64,000 nucleotides of DNA from Agriterribacter sp. (lineage in GTDB: Bacteria; Bacteroidota; Bacteroidia; Chitinophagales; Chitinophagaceae): NCBI RefSeq assembly GCF_035444585.1, contig NZ_DAOMOZ010000001.1, positions 1,618 through 65,617 of the forward strand, read 5' to 3'. This document shows positions 49,754 through 60,516 of this stretch, piece after piece (within the stretch, counting starts at the first letter, position 1; every line of letters starts with the position of its first letter). The notes below the pieces were generated by a model. That model had not been told where the DNA came from. It did no database searches and worked only from the letters and a program-made list of their open reading frames with translations. The position numbers and the translations under genes are program-made.

Positions 49754-50176
49754 ATGGCATTACAGGATAAATACAAACAGTTGGTTGATACTGCAACAGC
49801 TTCTGGTGTGGCCAATTTGCAGGTAAGGGAACAGGACGGAGTACTGTATATTGATGGAGAAGCGCCATCTGGAAGTGTAAAAGACCAGTTATGGGACATA
49901 TATGGAAAAATAGACCCTAATTTTTTATCGGGTGATGTGGTGATGAATATAAATGTAGCTTCTGCCGTTGCAGGCGCCAGGGCTAAAGTAACCACCGAAA
50001 AATCTAACCTTAATATCCGCAAAGGCCCGGGAACCGATCAGCCCATTGTTGGAAAAGCGGCGCATAACGAAACCGTAACCCTGGTTAGCAAAGCAAACGA
50101 CCAGTGGTGGCTGATCAGGACAGATGCGGGTGAAGAAGGTTATTCCTACGCCCAGTATTTAACAGTAGTGGAATAG
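49754..50176 (+). CDS. Small protein with C-terminal bacterial SH3 domain
   Basis: LNIRKGPGT...WWLI...EGYSYAQYL SH3b pattern; no signal peptide. Confidence 0.8.
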   Translation: MALQDKYKQLVDTATASGVANLQVREQDGVLYIDGEAPSGSVKDQLWDIYGKIDPNFLSGDVVMNINVASAVAGARAKVTTEKSNLNIRKGPGTDQPIVGKAAHNETVTLVSKANDQWWLIRTDAGEEGYSYAQYLTVVE

Positions 50177-50474
50177 TGGCGCCGGAAATTTCTTGCAGAG
50201 ATGCAAGATGTAGCTGGGCACAAACAAAGATGGATGTACACAGGTGGAGATTGATGGGCGCTTATACGCGGTTAACCATTTTTCTTCACTCTTTGGTGCA
50301 TCGGTCGTATGCTATTTCCCGAATGTTTAATTCAACGACACGATTCCGGGCGGTACGGCAATATTCTGTCTCGAAGGCATTGGTTTATCGACAATTTGCA
50401 ATTTTAAAAACGGGGGTTGGCATTTGCCCTGTAATGCATTCCGAAGCATTAACTAAAGTTGAATAAAAACCGGG

Positions 50475-51353
50475 TTACCTGTTTAAAGCGGATCCTAATA
50501 TTTTTTTTCGATAAGCGGAAGGGGTCATACCGGTAATTTCCTTAAAAAACTTATTGAAATTAGTAGGGTTATGATAGCCACACTCGTAAGATATTTGTGT
50601 AATGCTGTTTTCGTGATTATGTAACAGTTCACCCGCATGCCTTACACGCAGTTCATTTAAAAAGCTTGAAAATGTTTTACCCGTATGTTGCCTGAAGAAC
50701 CTGCAAAATGCCGTGGGCGCCAAATGCGCAATAGCCGCTACTTCATCGAGGCGGATCTCCTGCTTGAAGTTCTGCATTAAAAACTGATACACTGTATTTA
50801 TCCTGTCGGTATCTTTTGCGTTAAAAGTATTTACAAAATTTTTACTGGAGAGATATTTGATCTCGGTAGTATAGGCCAGAATTTCCAGGATCCCGAAAAA
50901 AATGATTAACCGCGAAAGCCCCTCCTTTTCCATAATGCCCGACATTTTTTCCCTTATAACATTTCTTGTTTTTCCGGTGATCTCAAGTCCCCTCAAAGAT
51001 TTATTGATCAAAGTATTGAAAGGCTGTAGATCTTTGGGTGTTAAAAAAAGCCTGAGCAAAGAAGGAGAAAAATAGATCACAATGGCTTTAGATCGCAGGT
51101 TCTTGTTCCCCTTATAATAGATATCATCATTGGTTAGTATATGGGGTGTATCGGGCCCCATTAATATGAGCGTCTCTTCGTTGAAAGTACTTACACTGTT
51201 TCCTACCACCTTTTTGCCGTACCCTTCTTCAATATATACCAGCTCGCAGTTGGGGTGAAAGTGAAATGGCGTGTCCAGGTAAGCGGTATCAATTTTTTTA
51301 AAATAGATCAGTTGATTTTCATTGATCCCTACATCTATGAACAATGGTTTCAT
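50475..51353 (-). CDS. AraC-family transcriptional regulator (cupin plus double HTH)
   Basis: FHFHPNCEL cupin; AFCRFFRQHTG and ISYECGY...NFNKFFK...TPSAYR HTH; divergent from susC. Confidence 0.93.
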   Translation of the reverse strand: MKPLFIDVGINENQLIYFKKIDTAYLDTPFHFHPNCELVYIEEGYGKKVVGNSVSTFNEETLILMGPDTPHILTNDDIYYKGNKNLRSKAIVIYFSPSLLRLFLTPKDLQPFNTLINKSLRGLEITGKTRNVIREKMSGIMEKEGLSRLIIFFGILEILAYTTEIKYLSSKNFVNTFNAKDTDRINTVYQFLMQNFKQEIRLDEVAAIAHLAPTAFCRFFRQHTGKTFSSFLNELRVRHAGELLHNHENSITQISYECGYHNPTNFNKFFKEITGMTPSAYRKKILGSALNR

Positions 51354-51382
51354 TTAAAAGATATTTAACATAAAATGATATG

Positions 51383-51462
51383 CAAAGATACATTTATGTT
51401 AAAATATATAAAGTTATTGTTAAAATATATTGTATTCCGATTTCTTTTAGTCCGTATCCTTG
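51383..51462. promoter_or_regulatory. Divergent promoter region with a 13-bp direct repeat at 21-bp period (candidate AraC site)
   Basis: tgttaaaatatat at 51397-51409 and 51418-51430; TATCTTTG (minus) at 51383-51390; TATCCTTG (plus) at 51455-51462. Confidence 0.65.
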
Positions 51463-51525
51463 TGCTCGTATACAAAGTGAATATGTTTAAGACCAGGATT
51501 TTTTAACCAATTCAACTTTAATGTT

Positions 51526-54500
51526 ATGAGAATATGTGCTCACACTTTTTACAGGTATTTTGTATTTGCCATAGTGCTTTCGCTGATGATGGCGCATGCT
51601 TCAGTGGCAGGAGATAAAATGAACTTTTTAAATGTACCCTTACCGGATCAACAATCCCAGTTCCGTGTTATGGGTACGGTTACCGGTACTTCCGGTGATT
51701 TGCTCGCCGGCGTTACGGTGCAGGTGAAAAGCAACCCGTTGGGAACAGCTACAGATTCCAGAGGCCACTATGAATTGAATGCTTCAGGGTCTGATACACT
51801 TGTTTTCTCTTATGTTGGTTATACCACGCAGGAGGTTCCTGTAAACGGTAGAAGCAACGTTAACGTGGTTTTAAGTGTTTCTTCATCAGAATTGAGCCAG
51901 GTGGTGGTGGTTGGTTACGGAACACAAAGAAAAGAGAACCTGACGGCAGCAGTTGATATTATTGATACGAAGCAAATTACTTCGAGGGGAAATGGAAATG
52001 TTACTGAGATGCTGCAGGGCGTGTCGCCGAATCTTAATATAACGCCGGGCTCTACAACGGCGGGTGAGCCTGGGGGCAAACCGAGCATCAACATCAGGGG
52101 GATCGGAACGCTCACGGGTGATTATGCTCCTTATGTGCTGGTAGACGGCGTGCCTATGGATATAAACGCAGTTAACAGCAGCGACATTCAATCCATTACG
52201 GTATTGAAAGATGCGGCTGCAGCGGCGATCTATGGATCCAAAGGCGCTTTTGGCGTTATCCTGATCACCACCAACAGCGGTTCCGGGAAAAAGAAGATAC
52301 AGATCCGATATTCAAATAATATTTCTTTTTCCAACCCGATCGGGCGTCCGCATATGGAGAATTCACTGAAGTACATAACGGCTTTTGATCAGGCAAGCAT
52401 CAATGCAGGGTTAGGAGCCAATTTTACGCCGGAGAATTATGATCGTATTGAAAAATACATGGCAGGTGAAATTAAAGAAGAAACCTGGCTGATGCCCGAT
52501 AGCAGCGACTGGATGGGTAACGGGATATGGAGCATAGCAGGGAATGGTAACAACGACTGGATGTATATATTTTATAAGGATGTAACAACCCGGCAAAAGC
52601 ATAATGTTGATATCAGCGGCGGCGGCGACAAAACTTCCTATTACGTGTCGGCAGGGTTATGGGACCAGCCGGATGAGCTGAGATACGGCGGCCAGTTTTA
52701 TAAAAGGTACAATGTAACGGCCAACGTCACTTCCAAAGCAACAGACTGGATGACCTTTAAATTCAACAGCAAATACGTCAATGAAAGGAACCGCTATTTT
52801 AATACCAAGGAAGGGTATGACAGGAATACTTTTTACCATGATTTTTACCGGACCAATTCCTTCAGGCCCCGTATACTTCCCAATGGCGAATTTTCAGACA
52901 TATCGGATATTCCTTCACTCGTTGACGGAGGAAAAGTTGATGTATACGGCTCACAATACATCCTGTCTTTAGGCGCTATACTTGAACCTGTAAAAAACTG
53001 GGAAACGGTTATTTCCTATAATTATACCAATAGCAACTCCAGATATGATGATAATAAGAAGACAATATATGGCACCGATCCCCGGGGACAAAAATATGTG
53101 CACGCCTATCCTACCAGTTCCTATACAACCAATTTTGTTGCTGATAACAATACATTGTTCAATATTACTTCATCCTATAGTATAGCCCTGGATAAACATA
53201 ATTTTTATGTGATGGGCGGATTTGAAAGTCAGTCGGATCTTCTCAATGGCATAACAGGAAGTAAAAATGATATGCTCACCTCCAGTGTGCCGTCTATCAG
53301 TACATCAACCGGCACGATCAACCTGAACGACAATAAATCGCACTGGGCCTCAGAAAGCTTTTTCGGGAGGTTCCGCTACAACTTCAGGGAAAAGTACCTG
53401 TTGGAAATAAACGGCAGGTATGACGGAAGTTCCAGATTTGCCGACGATTCCCGCTGGGGCTTCTTCCCGTCTGTTTCTGTAGGCTACAACTTATCGCAGG
53501 AATCATTCTGGAAAGCATTGAAACCGTATGTCAATACTTTTAAGATCCGCGGTTCATGGGGCTCGCTCGGGAATCAGCAGGTGCCGAATTATCTGTACCT
53601 GCCCACGATTGGAATGGGCACCAACCTGAACTGGATCGTGGGTTCGGTGAGACCTGACTTTGTGCAGGCGCCCGGGCTCACCAGTGCAGATCTGACGTGG
53701 GAAACCATTACAACAAAAAACATCGGCTTCGATGCAGGTTTCCTCAATGGCAGGTTAAGTGCGGCTTTTGATCTTTATACCAGGATAACATCCGATATGT
53801 TTGGACCCGCTGAAGCGCTGCCGCTTACGCTTGGTACATCTGTTCCTCAAACCAATAACGCCACTATTAAAACAAGAGGCTTCGATCTTGACCTGGGCTG
53901 GCGTGATCATATCGGCACCAATATAACATATAGCGTAAGAGCAACAATATCAGATAATGTTACAACCGTATTGGAATACAATAACCCAACCAAATCTTTA
54001 TCAACCTGGTATGAAGGACAAACGCTCGGTGAAATATGGGGTCTTAAAACGGTGGGGATCTATCAGTCGGAGGAGGACGCAGGCAAAGGCCCCGACCAGA
54101 CCTTGTTTTATCCTACCTGGAAAGCAGGAGATATACAGTACGAAGACCTCGACGGAGATAATAAGATCACACGCGGAAGCCGGACAGCAGATGCCCCGGG
54201 TGATTACACGATCATTGGGAACAACAGCTCCCGGTACCCGGTAGGATTATACGGTGAATTGAGATGGAAAAACATTGATTTCAGCATGTTCTGGCAGGGC
54301 ATCCTTAAAAGAGATTATGCATTTGCCACTACGAATGACAATGCGTTTTACGGGTTCAACGGACAGCAATGGTGGGGGATGAACGCATTCTATAAAGGAA
54401 ATAATACCACGCTTGACTACTGGCGCCCGGAAGATGAAACCAATATGCTTGGTCCCAATACCGGGGCTTATTATCCTAAACCATATCTCTCAACGGAGGA

Positions 54501-54777
54501 TTACAAGAACAAGGAGATACAAACACGGTATATGCAGAAGGCTTCTTATTTCCGGTTGAAAAGTTTAACGATCGGCTACACGGTTCCTTCCGACCTGACA
54601 CGCAGAGTGGCTGTGGAAAATGCAAGGATCTATGTATCCGGCGAAAACCTGCTTACGTTCACTCCTTTAACGAAGCTGGTAGATCCTGAAGCGCTTTTTA
54701 ATGCAGGATGGGGTGTTGCCAAAGGGCACTTCTTACGCAGGATATTTTCAGTAGGTATTAATGTAACTTTTAAATAA
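51526..54777 (+). CDS. SusC/RagA TonB-dependent transporter
   Basis: VVVVGYGTQRK, VLKDAAAAAIYGSKGAFGVILITT and RYDGSSRF...WGFFPS motifs. Confidence 0.94.
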   Translation: MRICAHTFYRYFVFAIVLSLMMAHASVAGDKMNFLNVPLPDQQSQFRVMGTVTGTSGDLLAGVTVQVKSNPLGTATDSRGHYELNASGSDTLVFSYVGYTTQEVPVNGRSNVNVVLSVSSSELSQVVVVGYGTQRKENLTAAVDIIDTKQITSRGNGNVTEMLQGVSPNLNITPGSTTAGEPGGKPSINIRGIGTLTGDYAPYVLVDGVPMDINAVNSSDIQSITVLKDAAAAAIYGSKGAFGVILITTNSGSGKKKIQIRYSNNISFSNPIGRPHMENSLKYITAFDQASINAGLGANFTPENYDRIEKYMAGEIKEETWLMPDSSDWMGNGIWSIAGNGNNDWMYIFYKDVTTRQKHNVDISGGGDKTSYYVSAGLWDQPDELRYGGQFYKRYNVTANVTSKATDWMTFKFNSKYVNERNRYFNTKEGYDRNTFYHDFYRTNSFRPRILPNGEFSDISDIPSLVDGGKVDVYGSQYILSLGAILEPVKNWETVISYNYTNSNSRYDDNKKTIYGTDPRGQKYVHAYPTSSYTTNFVADNNTLFNITSSYSIALDKHNFYVMGGFESQSDLLNGITGSKNDMLTSSVPSISTSTGTINLNDNKSHWASESFFGRFRYNFREKYLLEINGRYDGSSRFADDSRWGFFPSVSVGYNLSQESFWKALKPYVNTFKIRGSWGSLGNQQVPNYLYLPTIGMGTNLNWIVGSVRPDFVQAPGLTSADLTWETITTKNIGFDAGFLNGRLSAAFDLYTRITSDMFGPAEALPLTLGTSVPQTNNATIKTRGFDLDLGWRDHIGTNITYSVRATISDNVTTVLEYNNPTKSLSTWYEGQTLGEIWGLKTVGIYQSEEDAGKGPDQTLFYPTWKAGDIQYEDLDGDNKITRGSRTADAPGDYTIIGNNSSRYPVGLYGELRWKNIDFSMFWQGILKRDYAFATTNDNAFYGFNGQQWWGMNAFYKGNNTTLDYWRPEDETNMLGPNTGAYYPKPYLSTEDYKNKEIQTRYMQKASYFRLKSLTIGYTVPSDLTRRVAVENARIYVSGENLLTFTPLTKLVDPEALFNAGWGVAKGHFLRRIFSVGINVTFK

Positions 54778-54785
54778 TTGAAGCT

Positions 54786-56537
54786 ATGAAAATAAATATA
54801 TGGAAATACAGCCTTTTACTTTTACTTTCAGTGGGGGTTGGATGTAAAAAAGATTTTTTGAACAAGTACCCGCTTGACCAGATCACGACGGTGGATTTCT
54901 GGAAAACAGGCAATGACCTCAAATTATATGTCAATCAGTTTTATCCTGCCGCATTCAACCAGCCTATGGGTGATCAGCTAAACGGAGATTTTGCTGCTGA
55001 TGCCCAGAGCGATGATGTAGGCCTCGTGATCGCCAATCCCAGGCTGCAGGGTTCAAGGGTAGTGCCTGCAACGGGGGGATGGGGTTATACCAATATCCGC
55101 GCCCTGAATGTTTTTATGGCGAACTACGATAAAGTAGAAGACCCTTTTAACAGCTATAAAGATTATGTTGGAGAGGCCTATTTCTTCCGGGCATTCTTTT
55201 ATTTTAACCTGGTGAAAGAATATGGGGATGTGCCTTATATTGGCACCCCGTTAAATACCAATTCGGAAGAGCTGTATATGCCCCGTGCTCCGCGCAACCA
55301 GGTGGTTGATTCGATCATTGCAGACCTGGATGAGGCCATTGAGCTCCTCCCCGCAGGTAAGCAGGAAGGTGCTACAAGACTAAGCAGGGAAATTGCATTG
55401 TTGTTCAAATCGAGGGTTTGTTTATATGAAGGTACCTGGGAGAAATACCATGTGGAGGATGAATTTAAAGTAGACAATCCCCAGCCGCAGAAATATCTTG
55501 AACTGGCGGCACAGTCGGCTAAGGCAGTGATAGAATCGGGAACCTACGCTGTTTATTCCACTGGTGAGCCTGAATGGGATTATTTTAACCTTTTCAGCAG
55601 GGTGGATTATGCCACAAATCCTGAGGTGTTATTATGGGAAAAGTTTGACCTGAGCCTCAAAAAAGGAAATGCTTTTCAGTTCCAGATCGCCACGGGAAAA
55701 TCCGGCGGTATAGGGTTGACCAGGTCGTTTGTTGACGCTTACCTCTGTAAGGACGGGAGACCTATTTATTTGAGTAACGGTGCCGAAAACCCGCTGTATG
55801 AGGGAGACGGCACACTGGAAAAAACAGCAGCCAACCGGGATCCGAGGTTTACACAAACGATCTTTACGCCCGGTTTTCCGCTCCAGGCCGTGGGTTCAGA
55901 CACAACGTACTTTCAAAGGCCCACGGTAGCAGATCCTGCCCATACCCGGTGTCCTACAGGTTACCAGATGAACAAGTTCCTGAATTTTGATCCTGTTCAT
56001 CATGCCTCCCTTGAAACATTACCCGTTGGTTATACCGGGTGGATCGTGTTCAGGTATGCAGAAGCGTTGCTGAACTATGCAGAAGCGAAAGCCGAATTGG
56101 GCACGATAACCCAGCAGGATATTGATATGAGCATCAACCGGCTTCGCAACCGGGTGGCTATGCCTCCTTTGGATATAGCTGCGATCGAAGAAGATCCTAA
56201 CTGGCAATTTCCCGACTTAACGCCGGTGCTTAATGAAATAAGACGCGAACGCCGCGTGGAGCTCATTTTGGAAGGATTCAGGTGGAACGATCTGGCCAGG
56301 TGGGCTGCTGCCGAAAAAACGCTTGTAGGAAAACGTCCGTTGGGTGCTAAATTCAACACAACAGACTATCCTGATCTGAATGCCTCTGATTTTACATTGA
56401 CCGATGGCTATTTTGATCCGCTTAAGTCGCAATTGCCTGGCGGTTACGGCTTCAGGCCTGACAGGGATTATTTAAGTCCCGTTTCAACGGAAGAATTAAC
56501 CTTAAATAAACAATTGGTACAAAATCCCGGTTGGTAA
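54786..56537 (+). CDS. SusD/RagB lipoprotein
   Basis: Lipobox GVGC; GEAYFFRA, YGDVP, RYAEALLNYAEA, RERRVEL and QNPGW. Confidence 0.93.
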   Translation: MKINIWKYSLLLLLSVGVGCKKDFLNKYPLDQITTVDFWKTGNDLKLYVNQFYPAAFNQPMGDQLNGDFAADAQSDDVGLVIANPRLQGSRVVPATGGWGYTNIRALNVFMANYDKVEDPFNSYKDYVGEAYFFRAFFYFNLVKEYGDVPYIGTPLNTNSEELYMPRAPRNQVVDSIIADLDEAIELLPAGKQEGATRLSREIALLFKSRVCLYEGTWEKYHVEDEFKVDNPQPQKYLELAAQSAKAVIESGTYAVYSTGEPEWDYFNLFSRVDYATNPEVLLWEKFDLSLKKGNAFQFQIATGKSGGIGLTRSFVDAYLCKDGRPIYLSNGAENPLYEGDGTLEKTAANRDPRFTQTIFTPGFPLQAVGSDTTYFQRPTVADPAHTRCPTGYQMNKFLNFDPVHHASLETLPVGYTGWIVFRYAEALLNYAEAKAELGTITQQDIDMSINRLRNRVAMPPLDIAAIEEDPNWQFPDLTPVLNEIRRERRVELILEGFRWNDLARWAAAEKTLVGKRPLGAKFNTTDYPDLNASDFTLTDGYFDPLKSQLPGGYGFRPDRDYLSPVSTEELTLNKQLVQNPGW

Positions 56538-56596
56538 TCCTTGTATGTTTATCTTTTGTATGTATTTATTTCGTTGCTTTAAAAACAAATAGAATA

Positions 56597-57937
56597 ATGG
56601 TGATCAAAAACAGTATAGTTTTCTTTGTTATTGTTACGCTTTCTGCCTGTTCTGCAAAGCAAACCACCATCACCGTGGTGGATGAGCATCGTGTGTTCAG
56701 TGAAACCCGGTCGCCTGCATCGGTAGAAGTTAATCTGGATGCCAGTGAGTTACAGGCTGCCAGGGAGGGAAAGCTGGGCCTGGTTTACCGGTTGGGTGAT
56801 ACCGATTCCATTATACCCGGTCAGTTAGACAGCAGTGATCCCGATCATCCTAAAATGGTAATGATGCTGCCGGAGGAAAACAACGGTGCTTATGAATTTG
56901 GCTTACACAAGCAGGCGGATACGTTCGGCAGTATGGTAAATGCAACTGTTGATCCGAATGGCCAGATACTTTTTGAAGAAGACGGGAAGAAAGTGCTGCA
57001 ATATAATTATCATACCGTTTATGAGAAAGATGTGATCCGTTTACCGGGGTCAGAAACACAAAAACCATCCATTTCCCGGTTGGGAGGTGTTTACCTGTCT
57101 GAATTCCTGAAAGAGAATCCCCGTCTTCCAAAGGACTCCGCTTATACCAATCTCATATATGCAGTGCCCCGCAACGACTATGTACATCCGTTGTACGGCC
57201 TCGAAGGTGAGATGCTGACGAAGGACTGGCCCGCAGACGGCGAATTTCATCACCGGGGTATATTCTGGGCATGGCCCGAAGTGGAGATGGGAGCCGAAAG
57301 AGGAGATATATATGCCTTGCAGCGGATCTTTGCCAGACCAACGGAAAAAGTGGAACTGGTAAGCGGTCCCGTCTTTGCCCAGGTAACAGCAGAGAACCTG
57401 TGGAAATGGGGGGATTCCATTCCCATGGTTAACGAGTACGTTGTAATCCGGGCTTACCGGCAAACCGGCTCTACGCGGATTATTGATTTCAATATCCGGC
57501 TAACGGCTTTAAAAGACAGTATTACGATAGCCACGCGTCTTGCCAACAGTTATGGCGGATTTTGTGTGCGTATGCAAACACCGCAGCAACAGCAGATCTC
57601 ATTTTACACAGACACAGCCGAAAATAAGGTTCGCGCCTGGTCTGATCTGAGCGGGATATTCCAGGGAAACCAGTCCAGGTCGGGTTTAATGATCCTGCAG
57701 CATAAAGACAACCCCGAATACCCGGGAGCATGGGCTCATTACGATAACCTTTCATGGGTTCAGCCTACATTTCCCACACCTGATACACGGTATGCTTTGA
57801 AAAAAGGAGAGCCCCTGGTTTTAAGATACAGGTTGGTGATACATTCAAATGTTGCGCAGGACAAAGACCTTGCAGTAAAGCGATGGGATGCCTATAATTA
57901 TACCTTAACACCTTTGTATCACTTCAAATCAAATTAA
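56597..57937 (+). CDS. DUF6807 ('PmoA family') lipoprotein of unknown function
   Basis: Lipobox LSAC; YVHPLY, HHRGIFWAW and YGGFCVR motifs typical of this PUL-associated family. Confidence 0.65.
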   Translation: MVIKNSIVFFVIVTLSACSAKQTTITVVDEHRVFSETRSPASVEVNLDASELQAAREGKLGLVYRLGDTDSIIPGQLDSSDPDHPKMVMMLPEENNGAYEFGLHKQADTFGSMVNATVDPNGQILFEEDGKKVLQYNYHTVYEKDVIRLPGSETQKPSISRLGGVYLSEFLKENPRLPKDSAYTNLIYAVPRNDYVHPLYGLEGEMLTKDWPADGEFHHRGIFWAWPEVEMGAERGDIYALQRIFARPTEKVELVSGPVFAQVTAENLWKWGDSIPMVNEYVVIRAYRQTGSTRIIDFNIRLTALKDSITIATRLANSYGGFCVRMQTPQQQQISFYTDTAENKVRAWSDLSGIFQGNQSRSGLMILQHKDNPEYPGAWAHYDNLSWVQPTFPTPDTRYALKKGEPLVLRYRLVIHSNVAQDKDLAVKRWDAYNYTLTPLYHFKSN

Positions 57938-57987
57938 TAATGGCCAGGTAAAAACTGCCCGACGAGTATAATTAAACTGATCAAAAT

Positions 57988-59346
57988 ATGAAACAAAGCA
58001 GAATAACATCTTCCGTTTCGAGGAGAAAATTTGTAAAATCCATGGCCATCACCGCTATCGGTGCGCCGCTCACAAAGAATTTTAATATTATGGATACACA
58101 AAAAGGCTCCGCTCCAGGCGATAAGATCAACCTGGGAATTATCGGGTGCGGAGACCTGGGAACAGCCAACCTGCGCGCCTGTACGGCACACCCGGATGTG
58201 GTGGTTACGGCTGCATGCGATGTTTGGAAGGACAGGCTTGACCCGATCGTGGCGAAATTTAAAAATACCTGTACAGGGTATACCGATTACCGTGAGTTGC
58301 TCCGGCATAAAGGATTGGATGCCGTTATCATCGGCACGCCCGCCCACTGGCATGCCCTGCAGGCGATCGAGGCGGCAGAAGCCGGCCTGGATATTTATTT
58401 GCAGAAGCCGATGACAATGCACCTGGGAGAAAGCATCGCTGTACGAAATGCTGTGAGAAAGCATAAATCCATCTGCCAGGTGGGTACCCAGATCCATGCA
58501 AGTGATCACTATCGCCGTATGGTGGAACTGGTCCGTTCGGGCAATTTGGGCAGGATCGGAACGGTACGGACATTTTTCGTGATGAATGAAGCACCCAATG
58601 GTATCGGGAGCGGTAACAATAACACTGCTGTTCCCAAAGGGCTGGATTGGGATATGTGGGTAGGCCCCGCCCAAAAGAAGCCTTTCAATCCCAATCTGGT
58701 CAAAAACGCTTTTTATCATTGCTTCTGGATGGATTACAGTGGCGGATGGACACCCGGGATGGCGCCTCACATTACAGACCTGCCCGTATGGGCGCTTGAG
58801 CTGGGTTATCCTACCGAGATCAGCGCAATAGGCGGAAGGTATATTATTAAGGATGACAGCGACGCTTATGATAACCATGAAGTGATCTGGCGTTATCCTG
58901 ATCTTACCATGACCTGGATGCAGTCGTCGACAAACAGCTACGGGTTCGATTTCCTCCGAGGGCAGAAAAGCCAGAGAAGGCTGGGTATTTATTTTCATGG
59001 AACAAATGGTACCCTGCTAACAGATTACAGTACCTCGCAGATATTACCTGAAGGAAACAGAATGGAAGGCATGACAGCACCGCCGCAGTCCATACCTTCT
59101 TCTCCCGGTCATGAGCTGGAATGGATAGAATGCATTAAATCGCGCAAACAGCCTTCCTGTAATCCTGAGTATCATATTAAAGTGGATGTTCCCATAGAGC
59201 TTAGCGTTCTGTCTATGAAATTGGGCCGGTCCATACAGTTCGACCCGAAAACCGAAGCGATCATAGGAGATAAAGAGGCGGCAAGGCTGGCGATCCCTGA
59301 ATACCGCTCGCCCTGGAAATTCCCCACTCAGTATTTGAATAAATAA
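57988..59346 (+). CDS. Gfo/Idh/MocA oxidoreductase, Tat-exported
   Basis: SRRKFVK Tat motif; GIIGCG, TPAHWH, QKPM and LDWDMWVGPA. Confidence 0.9.
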   Translation: MKQSRITSSVSRRKFVKSMAITAIGAPLTKNFNIMDTQKGSAPGDKINLGIIGCGDLGTANLRACTAHPDVVVTAACDVWKDRLDPIVAKFKNTCTGYTDYRELLRHKGLDAVIIGTPAHWHALQAIEAAEAGLDIYLQKPMTMHLGESIAVRNAVRKHKSICQVGTQIHASDHYRRMVELVRSGNLGRIGTVRTFFVMNEAPNGIGSGNNNTAVPKGLDWDMWVGPAQKKPFNPNLVKNAFYHCFWMDYSGGWTPGMAPHITDLPVWALELGYPTEISAIGGRYIIKDDSDAYDNHEVIWRYPDLTMTWMQSSTNSYGFDFLRGQKSQRRLGIYFHGTNGTLLTDYSTSQILPEGNRMEGMTAPPQSIPSSPGHELEWIECIKSRKQPSCNPEYHIKVDVPIELSVLSMKLGRSIQFDPKTEAIIGDKEAARLAIPEYRSPWKFPTQYLNK

Positions 59347-59421
59347 ATCAAAGGAGGCAAAATATAAGCAGCCGCTTTACGTGACAATCAATATTTAAAT
59401 AAACAGGAATAATATTAAGAT

Positions 59422-60459
59422 ATGACTGACAGAAGAAAGTTTATAAGGAACATGGTGCTGACCGGTGTGGGCATGGGCATTGCCGATAAAATATCGGCAC
59501 ATGCAGTGTGGCATGGTATGGCAAAGGGTAAAAGGATAGGTTTGATCGGTTTGGATACCGGGCACTGCGCAGCGTTTACCAGGTCTATCAACGGATCACC
59601 GGGCGATTTTAACGGCTATACAATAACGGCCGCCTATCCGAAAGGGACAGAGCACATCATTGAATGGAAAGAGCGGATCCCGCAAATCACGGAGGAGGTA
59701 AAGCAATACGGTGTGGAAATTGTTGATTCTATACCGGCATTGCTTAAGCAGGTAGATGCAGTTATTTTAACCTGTATTGATGGCAATAAGCATCTTGAGC
59801 AGGCATTGCCTGTGCTCAAAGCAGGGAAACCGCTTTTTATTGATAAGCCGGTGTCTGCCTCCCTGGCCGATACCATTGCCATATTTGAAGCTGCCAAGCA
59901 CTATAAAACGCCGGTCTTTTCCTGCTCTTCATTGCGTTATATGGCAAGTGTCCAGGAAGTGGTTAAGGGAAAGATCGGGAACGTTATAGGTGCAGAAGCT
60001 TATAGTCCTGCCGTAATAGAAAAAACCCACCCCGACTTTTTCTGGTACGGGATCCATGGAATAGAAATTCTTTATGCGGTTATGGGTGCGGGCTGTGAAA
60101 AATTAAGTCGCACTCACACTGCCGGTACAGATGTGGTGGTGGGTGTATGGAAAGACGGGCGGATAGGAACTTTCCGCGGAACCCGCACCGGCACGCATTC
60201 TTACGGCGGCATAGCCTACGGCGAAAAGGGAGACGCTTTTTTGGGGCCCTACGACGGGTATGAGCCTATGCTGAAAGTAGTAACGCTTTTTTTCGATAAT
60301 GGCCAGCCTCCCATAGAAGAAGAAGTTACCAAAGAGATCTGTGCTTTTATGGAAGCTGCAGATAAAAGCAAATCATTGGGAGGGAAACAGGTAAGTTTAG
60401 ATGAGATATGGAGCCGGGGAAGAGCTAAAGCAAGTAAAAAACTAAAGGCGATCATCTGA
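59422..60459 (+). CDS. Gfo/Idh/MocA oxidoreductase, Tat-exported
   Basis: DRRKFI Tat motif; IGLDTGH, FIDKP and WYGIHG. Confidence 0.87.
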   Translation: MTDRRKFIRNMVLTGVGMGIADKISAHAVWHGMAKGKRIGLIGLDTGHCAAFTRSINGSPGDFNGYTITAAYPKGTEHIIEWKERIPQITEEVKQYGVEIVDSIPALLKQVDAVILTCIDGNKHLEQALPVLKAGKPLFIDKPVSASLADTIAIFEAAKHYKTPVFSCSSLRYMASVQEVVKGKIGNVIGAEAYSPAVIEKTHPDFFWYGIHGIEILYAVMGAGCEKLSRTHTAGTDVVVGVWKDGRIGTFRGTRTGTHSYGGIAYGEKGDAFLGPYDGYEPMLKVVTLFFDNGQPPIEEEVTKEICAFMEAADKSKSLGGKQVSLDEIWSRGRAKASKKLKAII

Positions 60460-60516
60460 ACGGATTAGTGAAAACCATATTGATCAACAGATTTTAATTA
60501 TTATAAGTATAGTCTT

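Noticed and set aside
50176-50466. 96-aa ORF or AraC-like remnant (minus-strand ELNIREIAYD)
   Set aside because: GTG start overlapping the upstream stop, no family features, and the motif spacing does not fit an AraC HTH.
56597-57937. Methane monooxygenase PmoA
   Set aside because: Soluble lipoprotein in a SusC/D locus with no pmoCB; the family label does not imply this function.
57934-58998. 354-aa minus-strand ORF, and similar shadow ORFs such as 19645-20403, 28992-29729 and 44276-44944
   Set aside because: They lie antisense to well-supported genes and show no recognisable motifs.
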